The position numbers and the translations under genes are program-made. Positions 39,156-50,431 of a stretch of 64,000 bases of DNA are shown in pieces. The notes under the pieces are model-generated. The model was not told where the DNA came from. It was given only the letters and a program-made list of their open reading frames with translations, and did not search any database. The stretch's first letter is position 1, and the number at the start of each line of letters is the position of its first letter. Source of the DNA: Eledone cirrhosa (Eukaryota); NCBI GenBank assembly GCA_964016885.1, contig OZ024741.1, forward strand, positions 320,726,001 to 320,790,000. The letters are read 5' to 3'.

Positions 39156-41124
39156 GAGAAAGATTCTCTCTCTCTGAATAACTAACACTTTAATTGTATC
39201 TCTCTCTGTCTTACGGCCTATCTCTCTCTTTCCCACCCCTCTCTTTTTCTGTCTCTCTCTGTAGATGTGTGTGTGTGTAGTTTTCCTAATCTTTCTCTAA
39301 ATCTCTCTCTTTCTCTCTCTCTCTCTCTATGTGTGTATATATTGAATGGAGATACGGAAACTAAAACAGTGTTGTCATATAGAGAGTGATGAGAGACAGA
39401 GACAGTAAAGCTGTTAAATTATAGAGACATACATACATACGTACAATTTTGCATTTGAATGTCGCATCATATCTCTCCGACATCTACGAAACTCGAAGCG
39501 TAGGAGCCCGTTTCTCGAGCAAGTATATCTGCATGAAACAGATAAGATCATGAGAGTTGGAAAGGAACTCCTCGAGAGATATTCCCTGTGTGATAATCAA
39601 AAAATCACACCCAGTGAAGTCGCTCAGCAGTATCCGCAGTATGGGTGAAAAACTGCATGCTTATCAGCAAAAATCATGCATGGATATGTTGCCAGGAAGC
39701 TCCAGCGTGAGAGTAATATAGATGAGGAAAGTAGTCTATCTTGGACCAACACACCGCTATATTGGCTCGCACTTGGAAGGATACGCTTTTGCAATCCAAG
39801 AACAGGAGATTAACACGAAATACGTGATTCACAAAAGAGATCGGGATGCAGGCAAAACACCAAGATGTGATAACACAAGTGCAGACTCTGCAGAACTAAC
39901 ATCGAGGATATCACCCATGTCATCAGCAGCTGTCCAAAGATGTCATCGCGGTACTATCTACCTATGAGGCATGATATAATGGCCAAAACACTGTACAATG
40001 CAGTTCGTAAAAAGATAGCCCCGATAATAAACACATTAAAAGCTACAGCAATTTGGAAGACATCCATGTACATAATATGAAAGAGTACTGGTGGAATGTT
40101 CCAGTAAAAAAACCCAATAAAATGCAGGCATAACAGACCAGATATTATGATATGGGACAGGGAGAAGAAAACATGCACAGTAGTGGAAATTAGCTGCACA
40201 GCAGATGCCTATATAATATCAAAGATTAGCGAAAAGGAGAATATTTATGCAGAACTGCTGAAAAATCTGCAGATACTCCACCCTGATTACACCTTCAGAT
40301 TTATGCCTGTGATTATTGGGGCACTGGGTATGTTAGTAACTGCCTCAATACAAATCTTGAGAAGCTAGGCTTCACAGGAACAGAAAGAACACAACTAGTT
40401 AGGAAATTACAAGTACAATCAATTAATGGAACAGTAAAAATATGTAAAACATTCCAAAAATTTTGCATCGAATAACTATACATACACATGTACAGATGCA
40501 AAGCATATACACATGCACACATACAACTCAAAACATCCACATCCACACATTCAATAACATCGATATCTACAAATGCATGCATATATATTCTACCTAGTAA
40601 ATTTCCAATGAGAAGACTCTTGTGTCTATGTTAGAAACCGACTCTCTCTTTATTGGGGAAAAAAATGGGAAATTATAAAACCAGAAGAACATACATACAT
40701 ACATATATACATATATACAACCGTCAGCTTTATAAGTATAAATATGCGTGTATGTGTGTGTGTGTATGTGTGTTTATGTATGTGTGCATGTGTGTGACTG
40801 TGTGTTTTGTTTTGATGTTATCCGGCAATTGGCGAAATCGGGTGTGAAAGTATGTGTATTTGTGTGTGTGTGCGCGTGTGTGTGTGTCACTTATGCGAGC
40901 GACGACAGATGATTGAAGGGAGATACGGAAACTAAAACAGTGTTGTCATATAGAGAGTGAAGAGCGACCGAGAGAGTAAAGCATTTAAATTATAGAGAGG
41001 GGGAATGATGTTTTATAGAGATAGGAAAAAGCGACGGAGAGAGTAAAGCTAAGAAACTATAGGGATGTGTGTAGGATACATACATACATAATACACACGA
41101 CGCTCAGCTTTATAATATTATAGA
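38929..41124 (-). mobile_element. Non-autonomous Helitron interrupted by an R4/Dong-like insertion
   Basis: Minus strand A|TCTATAAT..CTAG|T termini; imperfect GC-rich hairpin just before CTAG; internal repeats at 39030-39105, 39340-39415 and 40915-40995. Confidence 0.6.
39441..40690 (+). mobile_element. R4/Dong-like non-LTR retrotransposon, 5'-truncated and decayed (CCHC + RLE endonuclease)
   Basis: MHGY, EGYAFAIQEQEINTKY, CRLC..EDITHVISSC..RHD and HNRPDIMIWD..VVEISC motifs over shifted frames; (CATA)n on both sides. Confidence 0.8.
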
Positions 41125-41191
41125 TAAATATATATAATATATATATTAATTCAAAATATTAACAAAAATAGACATTCATGTGATCAAGTAT

Positions 41192-41256
41192 ATTTTATTA
41201 TACATATTTCAGAGGTACTGAGTTATCTTCAACAGTACGTCCTCTTCAGATAAAAT
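41192..41256 (-). ncRNA. Type I hammerhead ribozyme
   Basis: attttat CTGAAGA gga c gtactg..cagtac c tct GAAA tatgta TA ataaaat; 7-bp stem I; AUA site. Confidence 0.85.
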
Positions 41257-41335
41257 AAGATTATGGTTAAAATAAGTAGATCGTTAAAATTCAGTCATGG
41301 CAGTGACTATGTGTGAGTATATATATATATTATAC

Positions 41336-41369
<34 letters not shown>

Positions 41370-41389
41370 TAATATATATATATATATAT

Positions 41390-41453
<64 letters not shown>

Positions 41454-41583
41454 ATAATAATAAATTTGAAGACTAAAATCCAAAGAGGGCTCGATAAGGA
41501 TAAATATATAAGAACCGTAGAGCAAATATTTATTAAAATAACAGATTAAAGTTTAAGCAAAGAATCGCTGCTTATTTAAATAA

Positions 41584-41664
<81 letters not shown>

Positions 41665-42657
41665 TATATATATATATATAGTGTTTTGTACTTCTGGAAA
41701 CTATCATAATCCATATAATCCATTACTTGTTGCCCGATCGGGCAATAACCAAACACATACAGACAGTGTATTCAGAAATGGAAAGTATATCAAAATGGAA
41801 TGCGATTAGACGTAATTCTTGATGCTCATCTCCACCACGTTCATTCTCTATCTCCCTTTCTCTTTCTCTCCCTCTCTCACTTTATTTCTCTCTGTATATA
41901 TCTTTCTTTCTCTCTCTCTCTCTCCTCTTCTTTCTCTCTGTCTCATTCTCTCTCTCTCTCTTTCTTTTTTTCCTTTTCTGTCTTCTCTAGCAAAATAATT
42001 TCCTGTCTCTGGTATGCATATATACTTTATTATTAATAAATTTAAGCTTTTTTTCATTTATAAGAACAAGTCACATCACCTATGACTTTTTTCTTTCAGT
42101 TTGCAGATTTTTCCAAACTCGTAGAAGCTGGAATAACAAAATAAAGATGAAATCTTTCATATTCCAGTGGTTGAGAGAATGAATTATTGCTATCGTTTTG
42201 TTTGCACATTTTCTTCTAATAACAAATGAGATAATTTATTTATTAGTTAAAAATATAACAATTATTTTGTTTCTTCGGAAGCTTTATTTATTTTGAACAA
42301 TGCTGTGAGCTGGATTTGTCTTCTTTGGACTCTGTCCAGGTCAGCATGTTCATTACTTTAATAAATAGATAAAAATACACCAATTGATGTTGGTTTTGTT
42401 GAACCGTTAAACATATTACTGACTGTCACACCGTACAGTTTGATTTCATGCTGCCTCTGCTGCACACACATAGCTATCATCTAAATATCGTGTTAGTGTT
42501 CAATCTGTTCAATTTCATTGTTAACACTACCGTAGCCCTTATAGCAATACCAAACAAATACTTTACAGATTGAATAAACGAACAGATTTCGATACTGATA
42601 TTGCAGTTGCATACAAGTGATAAGTGTTTATCATATATTATAAACAATTATTTCTAA

Positions 42658-43050
42658 GGTGGATTGGTAGTATCGGTAGAGGGTCGGACGCCATGCTTTC
42701 CAGCATAGTTACGTCCCTTTACGATCTGAGTTCAAATCCCGCCGAGGTTGACTTTGCCTTTCATCCTTACGGGGTCGATAAAATAAAGTACCAGTAATGC
42801 ACTGGGTAATTGCTGGCCTTGTGCCTAAAGTAGAAACAATTATTTCTATTATCTAAAGGGCGGTGGATTGGCAGTATCGGTAGAGGGTCGGACGCCAAGC
42901 TTTGCAGCAAAGAGTTACGGCCCTTTATGGTCTGAGTTCAAATCCCGCCGAAGTTAACTTTGCCTTTCATCCTTACGGGGTCGATAAAATAAAGTACCGG
43001 TAATACACTGGGATAATTGCTGGCCTTGTGCTAAAAGTAGAAACAATTAT
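42658..43050 (+). mobile_element. Head-to-tail dimer of tRNA-derived SINEs (42658-42843 and 42859-43050)
   Basis: Same family as 1637-1824. Confidence 0.88.
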
Positions 43051-44699
43051 TTCTATTATCTACATTTCTGTTTCAAATATTTTGTTGTTCCTTGCCGTCG
43101 TATGTATATCGGGTAGCCACCCAAATTAATATCTATTTTCTCCTTTCTCGTTCGGATGTCTTTTGGATCCTTGTCATTGACCATAGATGGTGCATTTGGA
43201 TTGTCTCCTCCACATAGTCCATGTATCATACACATAAGCACTGTTTTATGAAGTATAGGCTCTGTTTCAAAATTTAGAACTACAGCACAAAATATTTAAT
43301 GAATATCATTATCGTCAACCTTAGCATCCTGTGCTAACTTGATAAAAATATAAGTAGAACGAATGCAACGTTATTGAAATTCTTTATAATGTTTGATGTT
43401 TAAAACTTCGTGTTAAATATCCTGGCTACTAAATCCGCTCTATCTGCTGTCTGAGATAGTACTTATTCTGTATATCTGACTATTATAGACTAGATGTCAT
43501 AGTAATGAATAATTGATTAAATTTCTAATCAATGGGGACTTGTGTTAAATCGTTTAATAAACCACAAAACTGTCAAACAATTTTCAATTTTCCACAGCTA
43601 TGACTGTGAGGTTCCCTTTCTTGAAGTGTATCATTAATTTTACTTGCTTTCGAATTTTCTCGACAGCCAGCAAACTACTCTACTTCTCTTCTGTCATTGG
43701 ATAATGCCTGAATACAAATGTCTGTGTCTTTTCTTCCTACACCGTTGATGTTATTCTTGTGATAAATTTGTTCATTCTTTGTAAAACAAGTCAATATCTA
43801 TTACACCACAAATATAAGGATCGACCCTGGATACATTATTTATAGCGTTCTTTAATTTATAGGGTAAGACTTTTGCGCTGAATTGTTTCATATTTTCAGT
43901 GATATTTTGTCAATGCAATAGAGCAACTTGATCGATAACATTGTCTTTTCTGCTTCCAATTCTCTCTCTTTCTCTTTTCGATTTCGTATTGTGATCATTT
44001 TCTTTTTCTTTCTGCATTTTTTTCTCTGTAAATCCTTCTCCTGTATACTATTCCTTCTAGAGATAACTATCTTGTTCTATCTGAAAATCTTTCTCGTTCC
44101 ATTCTCCTCCGTTTTCCGATTCTCCTTATAATGAATTTTAACTTTTGCGAACAGTTATCTTTTCTAGTTGTCTTGCTCTTCTTTGCAACAGGTTTGTTCA
44201 TTCGTTTTTTTTTTAAACACTCATTTCTTCTTTTTGCCCCATGTTCATATTATATTCCTCAATAAAGACTGTTTCTTGTAATAAATGTCCGATTGTTCTT
44301 TTTTTCTTTTTTTTTGAGCAAATATCTCTCTTTCCGTTCTCCTTCTTTCTTCGGTTTCTTCTTCCAATGATTGCATTATTCTTCTGTAATCATTTCTCTA
44401 CTCTTCTATTTTTCTCATTTCCAATACATTCTTTTCACGCGTTTTCTGAAACATTCGTTCGTCTTCATAGTTTTGCTTCGTTTTTATTTTCCTGCCTTAA
44501 AGTGTCTTCCATCGGATGTCTACAGATTTTGAATCTGCTCCTCATTGTTCTGTTTGTCTTCTTTTCCTTTCTCGTGCTAGTCTTCGTTGCATTTCTTGCT
44601 CAATTTCCTTCATTTTGTAGTTTTACAAAACAATTATTTGGAAACACTTTACATATAAACTAATGTTCGTTTCATTCATCATAGGGTTGGTTCAGGTGA

Positions 44700-44890
44700 A
44701 GGCAGTGGATTTGCAGAATCATCAGAGCGTCAGACAAAATGTTTTTACCATTTACTTACGGTCCTTTACGTTCTGAGTTCAAATCCCACCGAGGTTAACT
44801 TTACATTTCATCCTTCCGAGGTTGATAAAATAAATTACCTCTCAATTAACCCCTTTCTCAAAATCTATTCGCATTGCACCTATTTTAGAA
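44700..44890 (+). mobile_element. Older, diverged tRNA-derived SINE copy (similar relics at about 32312, 45305, 16830-17035 minus and 20570)
   Basis: B-box gagttcaaatcc and central ttcatccttccgaggttgataaaat domain retained. Confidence 0.7.
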
Positions 44891-45719
44891 AGGACCGTAT
44901 GATCTAAGTGCTATAAATACGATGTTTAAGGAATGTTATGAATGGTATCGAATTTTTATTTCTAATATAACATTAATTCTTTGATACTGAAAAGTAAAAA
45001 CACAGATAAATACTAATGTTTATTGCCTTTATTTTCACAATTATTGTTTCATGAATCAATTATTTGAAAACAATTTAGACAGACAATAATATTAATGACG
45101 TCTGTTCTTTCAGACATATGTTATTACTTATTTTCGATCTCACTCCTCATCCTTCTTTTATTTGTTGCTGCAACTCACAATCATTTTAATTTTCCTGCAC
45201 ATTGTTTGTTTTTTGGCGGACTAAACTTTTCTTCTAATGATTTATCAATTTGCTGCTATCGAAAAGGAAAAATCAGCTTTAAAGATTGTATAATTATACG
45301 GTATAGGTGGTAAATTTGCAGAGTCGTTAGAACGTCGGATAGAATACTTTGTGGTAATCGTTTCGGTTCTCTGCTTTCTGAGCCCAGATTTCACTGAGGT
45401 CAACTTTGACTTTCATCCATTCAAGGTCGATTTTAAAAAGTACCAATCTATATCTCTCTTTCCATTCCATTATCTCATTCTCTATCCTTCTCTAGAGAGT
45501 AGATAACCCTGGCAGGTTTTAAATTGTCTTAGAAACGCCGTATGATCCACTCCCTATGATCCACGCCCCTATGATCCACTCCCACTCCGCCAGGAGTTAT
45601 GGGATCAGGCAAAAAATACGGTGTTAAATTATTATTTGCATTTATTTACTCAGTCTTTAATTCAAGGGAGAATTTTTTTATTTTAAAGTTGTATTTCTTT
45701 GGCAAGGCACCTAAGTTGA

Positions 45720-46365
45720 AGAATAATGAATTTTTCTTCTAATGAAGACAAATTCAAACGAGATATTTCTGGAAGTTATCCATAGTCCCCGGCTCGAAAT
45801 TCCACCGGAACAGATTGGTCTGTTTTTGACCCAGTCAAAGAGACGAGCTGCGGAAACGCTTGTCTCACTAATGGTGACCAAACCTGTTCACCGTTTAGGC
45901 AGTGTATCTGGAGATGCCGCAAGCCTCAGTGCGCATCATTAGCCTCCGCGTGCCTAGTCATCTATGTAGGAGGCGCTGGCAGCAGGTCGGCCACTTCACC
46001 AACGGAACTTGTCCCTTCCACAAGAAGTTGAAAATTTGGTGAGGTGCGAATGGGGCAAGGCACGACCATCAGGCGGTAATAGATGACGGGCACGAAGTAC
46101 GCATTCGCTACCTCCACCTTTCAGGGACAGCTTCCTCTCGGCTCATTTCTAGGTGAGAGTGGCCACCCTGATCGTAACCTCCTCCCAATTCTTATCCTCC
46201 TGGAGATCTGATCCGAACCTGACCCCGAGCAACTTTACCTGTTCTTCCGTCCAGCGCTCTACGATGCTGTTGAACGGCATGGACTTGCTTCTCCGGGTGC
46301 CGAGCTGCAAGCCCACTAATTTTCCGGGTTTAGTTTTGCTCCCGTCAATATTTCATATTCCTCCG
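45720..46365 (-). mobile_element. Tx1/L1-like non-LTR RT C-terminal fragment
   Basis: Minus-strand reading TGAKLNPEKLVGLQLG..VKLLGVRFG..NWEEV..RKLSL resembles the post-YADD region of L1/Tx1 RTs; GC content higher than flanks. Confidence 0.6.
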
Positions 46366-46504
46366 ATTTCTGTGAAATTAAGGTGCAAATGGCTGGGCAT
46401 TCCACAAACAAGCGTAACCTTAACGTAGTTCTCAGAGAGATTCACTGTGACACGCAATGTGACAAGGCTAGGCCTTCGATTTGCAGATACAACTCATGTT
46501 TGCC

Positions 46505-46606
46505 GGCTGAGTGGACTAGAGCAACGTGAAATAAAGTGCATCTTGCACAAGGACACAACACGCCACCAGAAATCGAACTCACGATCTTACGCCGAATATC
46601 CTAACC
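46505..46606 (-). mobile_element. CORE-type SINE fragment
   Basis: Minus strand gagttcgatt B-box followed by gttgtgtccttgtgcaaga..cacttta. Confidence 0.55.
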
Positions 46607-47256
46607 TAAATACATAATATAGCTATATGTTGGCGGGTGCTTATCGATCCCTCAAATTCACACATCATGTATTCAATTCTATTTGTCCGCACTCCTTAAA
46701 TCAAGTTTATCGTTTATAAGAGTGTGTTTGTGTGTAAATATGTGTAAATGTGTGTGTGTATATGTGTGTGTGTTTATGTGTGTGTGTGTGCGTGTGTGTG
46801 TGTGTGTGTGTGTGAGTATGTATGTTTGAGTGTATGGGGCACGTTCTGGAAATGAACTCAATTACTACTCAATAGGGGAATAAATTTTCATAAAATTTTT
46901 CTTTTTCAAATGGAAAGTTCATAAATTACAACTATTAGTTTCATCTTATAGATCCTCAGGCAATGATATGTGTATATGAGAGAGAGAGGAGAGTAAATAT
47001 GGATATTCATATATATATAGGCTTTTGTACAAATATATACATATTTATATAGACGAGAACAATTTAAGTAATTAGGGGTTAGTCACTGTTGGTGAGAAAA
47101 AGTTTTAACGTATGTCACATATAAGACGCTGGAGGGCAAGTTAATTTGGTGCAGTCTCTGCTTCCCCGTTTCTCTATCTGTAAATGTATATAAGCATATA
47201 TACTGTACCGATTGTGTCCTTATTTCTGTTTACCTTTTACACACGCACACACACAG

Positions 47257-47353
<97 letters not shown>

Positions 47354-47539
47354 GATGCATATATATATGTATATATATAGATGCATATACATATGTGTAT
47401 ATAGATGCATATATGTATATGTGTCTATATGTATATATATGTATATATATATGTGTGTGGGGGGGTATGTATATATATATATATGTATATATGTATATTT
47501 ATATATATATGTATACATATTTATTTGTATATACATATA

Positions 47540-47575
<36 letters not shown>

Positions 47576-47576
47576 G

Positions 47577-48137
47577 GGCGGGTAAAATTCCCGAGATCCA
47601 TATACGAGTTCTCTCCAGCGGTCTCTGTCCCTCATTATCGCTGCCATGTCCCGCGTCTCCAACAGACCAGTGTCTGTCCTTAGGGCATCAACATACGTTA
47701 ACCTTGGTTTTCCTCTTCCAGTGTGTCCAATAATGTAGGCGGGAAGCCGCTAGAATTAGTTGAGGACTTCCTGTATTTGAGAGCAAAGATTGGGAATACG
47801 GAAGATGATGTGGTTGAGAGAAAGAGCAAAGCCTGGGCGGCGTGCCATAGTTTGAGATCGGTGTGGAAGTCGGACCTTCGTGAAGACCTGAAGATCCGCC
47901 TCTTCATTGCTGTAGTGGAGTCAGTGCTGCTGTACAGGTCTGAGACTTGGACACTGACCAAGAAACTCAGATGGTGGATGGGTGCTACACGAGAATGCTG
48001 CGGATGACTCTGAACATTAATCAGTATACACTGAGGATGAAGAACTCAGAGCTGTATGGGAGCCTCCCAAAAGTCAGCTCAAAAGTGACACAGAGGAGAC
48101 TGAGGTTAGCTGGACATGCTCACCGACATCCAGAGTT
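47577..48137 (+). mobile_element. RTE-like non-LTR fragment with inverted 3' piece (47577-47725)
   Basis: LELVEDFLYL..KAWAAC..VWKS..KIRLF..VESVLLY.SETWTLTK..RMLR..RRLRLAGH is typical of the RTE RT C-terminal region. Confidence 0.8.
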
Positions 48138-48156
48138 GATATATATATACATATAT

Positions 48157-48364
48157 ATAGGAAAATGTATGACCCCGACGGCTGAGCTCAAGCCGTTTCG
48201 ACGGCTATTTCTGGACGGCTATTTCAGTCCAGAAATAGCCGTCGAAACGGCTTGAGCTCTGCCGTCGGGGTCATACATTTTCCTATTACCCGCTCTACTA
48301 CCCTAAGTATTGAGTACTCTGGTGCGTTATGGTCCATCTGGTTCCTTACCATATTTCCTTCGTT
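48157..48364. repeat. Fold-back TIR-tip module (hairpin arms about 60 bp)
   Basis: 48157-48219 is the reverse complement of 48226-48286; the tail matches the 6820 terminus. Confidence 0.8.
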
Positions 48365-48377
48365 ATATATATTATAT

Positions 48378-48736
48378 ATCCGATCCAATCCTGGGCCTTC
48401 TCACTCCTGTTGGCAAAACCCCTCCCTGGTTGACATTCACCGTTTTCTGTTTGCTTTTGGCCATGTCAGGTGAGTAGCCGTATTCACCATGCTTGGCTAA
48501 TTGCAGATATATGAGGTTATTTAACCCATGGTTGGATGGATGGCCATTGACACTAAGTAGTTCATCCAATTGTCTAACAGTCCATGTTTTAGGAGTTGCT
48601 GGATTTCCACTTACCCTCCTCAACAGACTGTACCAGTGTCTGATTTGGGAACCGGTTTAGTCGTCCACCCTTCGACCATAAAGCAGGTTGTGCTGGGTTA
48701 CATGGTACCAGTAACAAGCAGAAGCCAGACCTGTCC
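48378..48736 (-). mobile_element. RTE-type 5'-UTR-derived element (homologous to 62226-62420)
   Basis: Shares tactggta.catgta.cccag.acaacctg..atggtcg..cgactaaac.gg and gtcaatggccatcca with the 62 kb copy. Confidence 0.6.
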
Positions 48737-48847
48737 AATATATATATATATATACGAATATAATTTCAGCGAGATCGTATTTCGGCGGTGGCCAAATAAA
48801 ACGAAACGCAATCTTCGAGATTCGGCGGCAAGGGCTCAATGGATTAA

Positions 48848-48914
<67 letters not shown>

Positions 48915-48949
48915 GAAAGTGAAAAACAATATATAACTACTCCATTACA

Positions 48950-49017
48950 TTCCTTCTAAAGAGCGAACTAGATGTATGTTAATACTGTCTAGTGTCCTGA
49001 AACCTTTGGTAATGGAG
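48950..49017 (+). ncRNA. Hammerhead motif (G5 to A) inside a fold-back cassette (48910-49049)
   Basis: ttcctt CTAAAGA ..actagat..gtctagt.. GAAA cc ttt gg TA atggag. Confidence 0.6.
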
Positions 49018-49168
49018 TAGTTATATATTGTATTGTTTACTTTCTAATTAAATAGCTCTGCATTATACATAGAGTACACTTTTTTCCTTTGCTTTTTCTT
49101 CGGAAATATACACAGTGCGTGCGCGCATGTGTGTGTGAGTGTGTGTGTGTGTGTGTGTGTATGTGTGT

Positions 49169-49242
<74 letters not shown>

Positions 49243-49759
49243 ATATATGTAATCACCTTCATATTTTATATTTATTAATTTATCTGTTTATCTATCTATT
49301 TGTGTATCAACATATATCTTCATTTCTCTCTATTTTCCATGTTTTCCGTTTTTGAAATAAAATTATTTAAATCCTGAATAACAGTACGTCTGGCATGGAA
49401 AGAAAATGTTCAAATCACTTTACTTTCAAAAGAACTTAGAATAGCGAAGCGAACTTCTTAACTGTTCGGCCTTGCAGTGTTTACATAAAGAGATAAATCA
49501 ATATTTCATATCATGGGACTAATAAATTCGATTCTAATTTAACCTATGATTATATTATTCATTGAGCTTATTATTTATAATAAATTTATCATATTTGGTG
49601 CATATGTGGCACTCACCAAGTATACTAAGGATATGTGCTTCTATAACATTGATATTAAAATACGGCGACGGATGTCACTATTGACAGTGAATCTCTTAAT
49701 TCAAATTGTGTCCGTTTTATCCGATATGGCCTGTTTAACAAAACGTTCACTGAATATAG

Positions 49760-50023
49760 TAAAGGAAAGTGATGTTTCTCTTTGTCGAATAAATAAATGC
49801 ACAATCAAGTCTAACAATCATTTTATTTAATGCAATAATTTAGTAAATTTCCTACAACGTCAATATTTTGAGGAGCGGGTCTTTCCACGTCTGTTCATGT
49901 CCGTGGTCCAAAAAGAGTGTGTGTACCTGTGGCTGTGTCCGGGTGTATTTTTGCCTCCCTTCCCTGAAGGGTTGTTAAGGGGAGGCAACTGCTAGCTACC
50001 AAGCGACCATCTCAGCCACTACA
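49760..50023 (-). repeat. 3' LTR
   Basis: Matches 54825-55088 with one mismatch seen; minus-strand termini TGTAG...TTTA. Confidence 0.95.
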
Positions 50024-50431
50024 TTCACCTCGGAGCAGATTTTTTGTCGCAAAATCGTTAACAGTGAAGCGAAGGTAGTTTACAAAATGTAGAAGAATGT
50101 ATCAACAAAAAAAAAACGTACAGTAAAAGATGCAAAATGCATGAAAAGATAACACTCTTCGCAATAAAGGGGCCCCAGATGCGATAAACAAGGAAAAAAA
50201 ATGTTTTGCTAGGCAATGAAAATGCCATATGTAGCATAGTTATAAAAATGCACCAAAAAAAAAGGGACTGTGTCAGAATTGACAACAGTCGTAATGTTAC
50301 GCAAAATATAATATATTGACACTGCCGTAGGCAGTCAAGAATCCATAAGTAACAAAATGCAATGTACAACAAAAACAATTGGAAGGAAAAAAATAACAAA
50401 ACAAAACAAAACAAAAAAATATATATATAAT

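Noticed and set aside
43928-44663. Phe/Leu-rich ORFs resembling membrane proteins
   Set aside because: A product of T/C-rich low-complexity sequence
50058-50414. Hydrophobic 118-aa ORF between pol and the 3' LTR (possible env)
   Set aside because: Too short, non-ATG start in a T-rich UTR, no env motifs
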